Shown here: positions 57,300 through 64,000 of the stretch, one piece after another
Position numbering within the stretch: the stretch's first letter is position 1
Layout: each line of letters begins with the position of its first letter
From: Phoronis australis
Taxonomy: Eukaryota; Animalia; Phoronida
DNA: 64,000 nucleotides
Direction: 5' to 3'
Assembly (NCBI GenBank): GCA_002633005.1
Contig: NMRA01000272.1
Span: 309,527-373,526 of the forward strand
The notes under the pieces: model-generated
The model's database searches: none
Seen by the model: the letters and a program-made list of their open reading frames with translations, nothing else
Told to the model about the DNA's origin: nothing
Position numbers and translations under genes: made by a program

Positions 57300-60200
57300 A
57301 TGGCGACCCATCAGGCTGGTGAGTTTCGATCAGCGTTCATGACTTTCTTGCTATTTAGTTGTAGCTTAATGATTAAATTGTTTTATTGTGAAAAACATTG
57401 CCCGACCTCTGTATGAAACATTCTCTTATCAAAATATTTCCTCTGTTTAACGAACACCTGTTTTTGCTGGGCCTCAGCAGGCTCAGCCACGCCGAGAGGA
57501 GGCAGCACACTCAGAGTTACAGTTACGGAGGCACAGAACAGTTCTCACAGGGGTTTGCCTATCAGAACACACGTCAATGGACTCTTCACCCTTTATTCAC
57601 TCTGTCACAAACTGCGTGCAAAGAACTACCGATTCCAAAAATGTGGTCCACAAGTATACTGGGGAACCCAATGTTCGTCCGCCTAAGCATAAAACCGACT
57701 TGCTGTTGTACTCACCGAATTATTCCACTTCAAAGTTATGATCTGAATAGGATTCGATTTAACTCTCACAGATATACCGCATTCATCGATTCGGAAGTTT
57801 TCTTTAATTTGTGCCGAGTTATTTCAAATGTGCACTGCCTTCGGCAGCCATTTTATTGTGACACCTAAGNNNNNNNNNNNNNNNNNNNNNNNNNNNNNNN
57901 NNNNNNNNNNNNNNNNNNNNNNNNNNNNNNNNNNNNNNNNNNNNNNNNNNNNNNNNNNNNNNNNNNNNNNNNNNNNNNNNNNNNNNNNNNNNNNNNNNNN
58001 NNNNNNNNNNNNNNNNNNNNNNNNNNNNNNNNNNNNNNNNNNNNNNNNNNNNNNNNNNNNNNNNNNNNNNNNNNNNNNNNNNNNNNNNNNNNNNNNNNNN
58101 NNNNNNNNNNNNNNNNNNNNNNNNNNNNNNNNNNNNNNNNNNNNNNNNNNNNNNNNNNNNNNNNNNNNNNNNNNNNNNNNNNNNNNNNNNNNNNNNNNNN
58201 NNNNNNNNNNNNNNNNNNNNNNNNNNNNNNNNNNNNNNNNNNNNNNNNNNNNNNNNNNNNNNNNNNNNNNNNNNNNNNNNNNNNNNNNNNNNNNNNNNNN
58301 NNNNNNNNNNNNNNNNNNNNNNNNNNNNNNNNNNNNNNNNNNNNNNNNNNNNNNNNNNNNNNNNNNNNNNNNNNNNNNNNNNNNNNNNNNNNNNNNNNNN
58401 NNNNNNNNNNNNNNNNNNNNNNNNNNNNNNNNNNNNNNNNNNNNNNNNNNNNNNNNNNNNNNNNNNNNNNNNNNNNNNNNNNNNNNNNNNNNNNNNNNNN
58501 NNNNNNNNNNNNNNNNNNNNNNNNNNNNNNNNNNNNNNNNNNNNNNNNNNNNNNNNNNNNNNNNNNNNNNNNNNNNNNNNNNNNNNNNNNNNNNNNNNNN
58601 NNNNNNNNNNNNNNNNNNNNNNNNNNNNNNNNNNNNNNNNNNNNNNNNNNNNNNNNNNNNNCATTGCAGTCGTTTAATATCTTATTAACGCAAACACTCA
58701 GGTTAACGACAATGCTCACGCACAAGCCTACTCCCTACCTTTGAAGTGTTTTGTAATAAGCGGTCACTGATTTACTAAGCGTTCCCCTTCAACCTTTGAG
58801 AATTTCCCATTAAGCGCCCACGGTTCAGGCTAGCGCCCATCATAGCGCACTATACAAACGACCGCGCGTGGTTTAAAATTGACACGCAGACTATATAGTG
58901 TGTCACTCTCATTTACACAACAAATTCAGTTTTCAAAAACATATTTTCTCAATATGTAAAAACCAAATCCCAGCTTTGTTTCATACCTGCGAAAGAAACT
59001 TAACACTAGTGACATGCGTGTCGTTTCGTGACTGACATATTTTCCCCGCACTTGGAAGGTATTGAGGAGCAAACTCGAATTACGCGATGGAATCCCGCAC
59101 TCAGTCGGGAATTATTTCTAGGCTATTCATTTCATAGAAAACGAATTGTTGAGTACGTAAACAGCATAAGTACCACATTTTTGTTATGGAATTTGCACTG
59201 AATTGTTCCCGCGCAGCCAAATACGTCATTCGGTTAGGGCAACGTTTCACGTTTTTTTTTGTCAGATGTTTTTCAAACGTCGAGTTAAGTTGCAAAATTT
59301 GGGTTGCGAACAAAAGTGGAGGGAATTTGCACTCCGAGATAGTTTGGGTCTTTAACGACTTTGATGACAGCCAGTAACAGGTTAGACCTAGCAAAATCAC
59401 GGATACTTTTTCAACGGGCATTTTCTCCCTTTTCACATCGCAAACGTAGTCAATGGGCCCAACCATGAGGCCTGCGCACGTCTGATGCACCGCAAATGAC
59501 ATCAGACCACCTGCACTGTTTTTTTTGTTTTTTTTTTCGCAAACGTAGCTACTCGAATGCACGTGTCAGTTAGGGAGCACTGATTCAACTTTCACGTCGG
59601 CAACTTGCCTTGCACTTTAGGGCCTTTCAATGGCGGTCCTGAAGAACAGTAATACCGTACCTGCATGAAGGAACTCAGTTTTGCGATATGAAAATTTTCA
59701 GTATTTAACGCTGCAGGTAAGAGCATAATCTAAACATTTTCTNTTGGTGATTTCAAAAATCAGTTCTGGAGCGTAAAAATGGCGGGAAATTTTTGCGACC
59801 TGGCATTTATGAATGCGAGCTGGATTTTGAAAATGCGACCTGGGATTTTGGCTAGGTCGCCAAATGCGACCTGCCGATTTGAATAGCGTCGAGCCCTGAC
59901 TAAAGGTATTTATAACAACTTGCCTTTGATGTTGTAGTCAGTGCGAGGCATAATTCGCCGAAAAGGTTCCGGCGTATGAAGCTCCGATAGGAACTCCATC
60001 GTCTCTACTGGCTGCGCCAGCAGAGACAATGGTCATTGTATAACTCAGTGTAGACCTGCACTGCAGGGCTACCTCTCTTACACTCCTGCCTTACACCCCT
60101 GTCCTTGGGACTTTGGTAACTAGGTAGGGATGACGTACTGAAAAGTATTATTTGCTTGGTGAAAAACCCTAATAATTTTCAGCAACCCCTCTTGAAGATA

Positions 60201-62376
60201 AAATTCTTTAAAAGTAAAGATGTATTTGAATGCTCCTAACTATTCTAGCAGGAACTAAACCACAATAACATGCTATTTGAACGTCATCTACTCTAAACAA
60301 AGTGCTGTTGCATTCATTGACAACTTGTAAATGTGAAAACAAAAAATATTGAAATAGGTGACCTTTGCACTATTGACATACCTTGGGGACTCACATAGCC
60401 GGAAACACGACACCACATCACAATATTTACTGTCAGTCATATTAGTCCTAGGACCTAGGCTAATGTTTTGTTCTGAACCACTGACTAGGCTCGTGTTAGC
60501 CGCTCGCCATCTTGCCATTGGCGAATTCTGAGTGGCACTGACGATGGTAGAACAAAGTCCATTCGCAAATTTGGTGAATGTTTTTGCAGCTTAACAATAC
60601 AAATTAAATTCGAGGCGAGCTTACCCCCGCCGTATCCCGGGTATGGAGGGGAGGATCCTTACCAATTTTTAGGTCAAAATCAATGAAATGCGTAACCCGG
60701 GATAGGGGCAAATTGTTTGTGTCAACATCAAAAAAATGCCCAAGTGGCTGGCGTACCCCCGCCGTAACCAGGGGATTGGGAGAAAGTGTTTGACTAATAA
60801 TTTTTGATAATGGCTAATAAAAGTTTTCAGATGCTTTAGCCATTTTGGCTAATACCTTTAAAAGTCTAGCGCCAGCCTAGACTGATGTTAAATAAATGAA
60901 CTGAACCAGTCTTTGCTAGCTAGCCACCATGGTTATTTTTGCTGCAGGAACAGACTGGCTGAAGTTGATTGCATTAGCTGGTGGAGTTTCTTTGGCTGTG
61001 TTTGCCATCACACGATACTATTTATCCAAGAACTCAGGAACAGTTAACCCTATCATTCAGAAGGACAGCCCAAAAGTTGTTCATTCCTTTGATATCGAAG
61101 ACTTGGGTTCCAAGACTTGCTTCTGTCGTTGCTGGAGGTCCAAGAAGGTAAAAATGTGCTTTATAAAGAACTTTTAGTTGTGTTATAACATCTAAGGGAA
61201 AAGCTGGCTGCAAATCCGCTCAAACATGAACTGCCATGTTGCCACTCTTGAATAAAACATTTGTTTAGAACTATGTAATAGTATGTATGCTTAGATTAAA
61301 AATTGGAACTAAATAAATTTCAAGTCTCATGCTCTGAATATTGTTTGCAGTGTTATTCAATACTGACATGGTATCAGCTGTTATTCAATACTGACATGGT
61401 ATCAGCTGTTACTCAATACTGACATGGTATCAGCTGTTATTCAATACTGACATGGTATCAGCTGTTATTCAATACTGACATGGTATCAGCTGTTACTCAA
61501 TACTGACATGGTATCAGCTGTTATTCAATACTGACATGGTATCAGCTGTTAATTTAGCTGAAGTTAAACAAAAACAAGGTGACCTTAAAGGGACATTACA
61601 AGCGAGAACAGTAATTTCCTGAGATCAATTTGAGTGCGTATAATCAAACCTGCAACCCCCACAGTCGCAGTCTAATTGATACTCTACTATCGAAGCTAAA
61701 TTCCATTCGATATATAGAGTATTTTAAGTATGTTAAGTGTTCTTAACTGATAAAGTCAGTGGCTTTGACTTCAGCAAATTTCTGGTAGACAACAGTGAGA
61801 ATTGGCAATTTGTAATGGAATCACAAAAAATTTGAATTTGTTCTTTAATAACTCTGGTCAAAGATAATAACTTCAACAAGTCTATCCCATCCTACAATAA
61901 TCCAAAATGTCCCTTTAAAGTTGTTTGATTTGTTGTATTATTTTGAAGAACATGAATTATTTAGCTCACAAATTTAATGTGATCAAAAGTTTCAGACAGA
62001 AACTTTGGTCAGTGCAGATATTACAACCTCAATGTGATGTTATTACAATCTGATATGATATTGGTGCAATCAAGATGTGATGTTATTACTATCCTTATAT
62101 GATATTAGTACAATCACAGTGTGATATTATTATTGTCCTGATGTGATATTGGTACAATCACAATGTGATATTATTGCTGTCTGATGTGATATTGGTACAA
62201 TCACAATGTGATATTGTTACTGTCCTTATGTGATAATGTTACAATCCTGATTGTGACTTATAAGATATTTCGTGAACTTTCAGTTCCCTTACTGCGATGG
62301 CTCTCATGGTGCCCACAACAACTGTACTGGAGACAATGTTGGACCACTGATTATTGAGAAGAAAAAGTCAAGTTAA
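57300..62376 (+). CDS. CISD1: CDGSH iron-sulfur domain protein 1 (mitoNEET)-like, about 103 aa
   Basis: Exons 60948-61147 and 62284-62376 are secure: TM anchor [61 protein letters not shown]. Proposed exon 1 is 57300-57318 (aaaacATGGCGACCCATCAGGCTG/GTGAGT, phase 1 matching exon 2); it is less certain because intron 1 contains an N gap. Confidence 0.88.
57870..58661. other. Assembly gap (792 N)
   Basis: Run of N; the X-filled ORFs spanning it are artefacts. Confidence 1.
59920..60040. mobile_element. Single arm of TIR family A
   Basis: TCAGTGCGAGGCATAATTCGCCGAAAAGGTTCCGGCGTATGAAGCTC is the reverse complement of about 27707-27752. Confidence 0.7.
61352..61551. repeat. 28-bp minisatellite, 7 copies
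   Basis: GTTA(T/C)TCAATACTGACATGGTATCAGCT in tandem. Confidence 0.97.
61589..61914. mobile_element. AGGGACATT-TIR element with intact TTAA TSD, copy 2
   Basis: TTAA-AGGGACATT...AATGTCCCT-TTAA. Confidence 0.8.
62015..62255. repeat. Degenerate minisatellite of about 22-bp units before the last CISD1 exon
   Basis: Recurrent TGTGATATT(GGT/ATT)ACAATC units. Confidence 0.85.
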
Positions 62377-64000
62377 TACTGCTGTTGGCTTGAGAAGTTC
62401 ACCAAATGGGATTACTTGTTGAAATGCATCAGCATGTTTGTGATTGTGATTTTGTTGTACTGCTGGATGCAAGTTTCAAAACCGTTAATTAAGGGCTATT
62501 GGTGCTGCCAGAATTAGACTATTGTCCAGATCAACTGAGAAATTCCTGCAAAATGTCCCTCAGCTCAATTGTTGCTTAGTGGAAAATGTGCATTTCATTC
62601 TTCTGCTGTGGTTTCCGAGTCTTGTATCCTGTCACTGAATAAGTTTGGAGTTGTAAATAAAATTTGAGATATGCTGAAAATTGTACGTTGATGTTGTATC
62701 TCGTGTTGAACCTGTTTAGCTTGCAATCAAATAAAATGACGTGTTTAAGATAAAGAATGTCTGTCTCTGTGTTTTGATTGGTAACTCTTAAACTGTTAAT
62801 GGAAGGACGTTCACCCAGAATTCCATAAGGCTAGTCATTTGCTGTTTGTATGTTTTTTCAGTAAAACTGCCGTTTTTCAGTATACTATTGCCATTTTTTC
62901 AAGTACATTTCCACGGGTTTAAAACTTGGAGCACAACTGGTTGGACAAAACTGCTTTTTTGTAGCAGTGTGTCTACAAACGTTTCATACGTAGATGTTCA
63001 CTGATGACAAAGTAACAGGTTGAACATGCCTTACAGAACTGCAAGAGTTGCCATGTTGTCAACGCCGTGCACATTAAATTTTGAGCACTTGAACCTTTCA
63101 ATAAATTACATGTGCACCAACAAATTCTGGTAAAAATTTTTGGACTGTACAGAATGGTTGACAAGGATATGTGTCAGTAAATTTTACTATTAGAACATTT
63201 GTAAACTATGCCGCTGTCAAAATTAGATGGCCGACCCATCAAAAAGTGAGTCGAAATTTGACATAAAAGTAGCGACAACTTTTGAACGCACTATGCGATT
63301 TTGATATTTTTTCATTTTTGAATTTCAGACATGGACATTTTTCCTATACTTCAGGCTTTTGTCTTCAATCTGAGAAAATAATTTTTGGTTCGTTCGCTTC
63401 GTATAGTCTAGAAACCGTAATTGAAAAATTGCTATCAATAAAAGCTAAATCGCCTTTAAATAGTACATAAATACGAATGTTTCATTTAAGATCACATGAA
63501 ATTTTCATATCAGCCTAAAAATGTCTCCAAGGGCGTAAACCATTGAGGTATAAGCACTATACAATTATGTCATCACCTATGTCTACGTAACTTCTTACCC
63601 ACAGTCACTTTCGAAGCTCAATTTTGAAATGGTGAATGGATTTATCAGACAGGATTATGGTCCCTAAAATGTTGATTCTCATTAATAATTTCAGCTTGAA
63701 ACCATTTTAAATGTAATGAATTTGTGAAATTTTTTTTTAAAAAGTGTTCAATATGCAATTTGCAAAATTGATTAAATACATGACACTTGGGAGTCATAAC
63801 AGTCTTTATTCCGTTCCGTGCGTATACTCGGATTAAGGTTCCACACTCCCCAGAACATTGGTGAAGCAACTGACCAAGAGACGTGATTAAAAAACACAGT
63901 ATTTCGAAACATACTTGTTTCATTCTCGAGTGGAAATAAAATGACACAGTGGCCACGGCAGCCGGGTTTGAAAAGTGTATTGACCAATGAAGGGGGCGGG

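Noticed and set aside
57819-58725. Three ORFs of about 280 aa
   Set aside because: Artefacts of translating the N gap.
61352-61551. CRISPR-like 28-bp repeats (also the 34-bp and 51-bp arrays)
   Set aside because: Units are directly tandem with no unique spacers, no cas genes, and lie in eukaryotic introns.

Overview
Intron-rich eukaryotic DNA from an invertebrate animal (species not determinable). It is not prokaryotic, and most of the six-frame ORFs are spurious or exon fragments. Five spliced genes can be rebuilt by hand with GT-AG junctions and consistent phases: the 3' part of a SMURF WW/HECT E3 ligase (+, 23-6697), DAGLB diacylglycerol lipase (-, 10470-29086), POLG2 mtDNA polymerase accessory subunit (+, 29260-39141, head-to-head with DAGLB), a KDEL receptor (-, 40503-48690) and a CISD1/mitoNEET-like gene (+, 57300-62376, with an assembly gap in intron 1). 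Introns and the CpG-rich spacer at 48.7-57.3 kb are full of non-autonomous transposons (several with readable TIRs and TSDs, one triple nest), tRNA-derived relics and minisatellites. The best leads are: an apparent pre-vertebrate SMURF-DAGLB-POLG2-KDELR gene block; a Helentron/pearl-like repeat carrying CTCF-like motifs about every 140 bp; a 173-bp bidirectional promoter with clustered nuclear-receptor half-sites; and a perfect in-frame Kozak ATG inside the CISD1 intron. I found no demonstrably new biological system; the findings are leads, not proofs.
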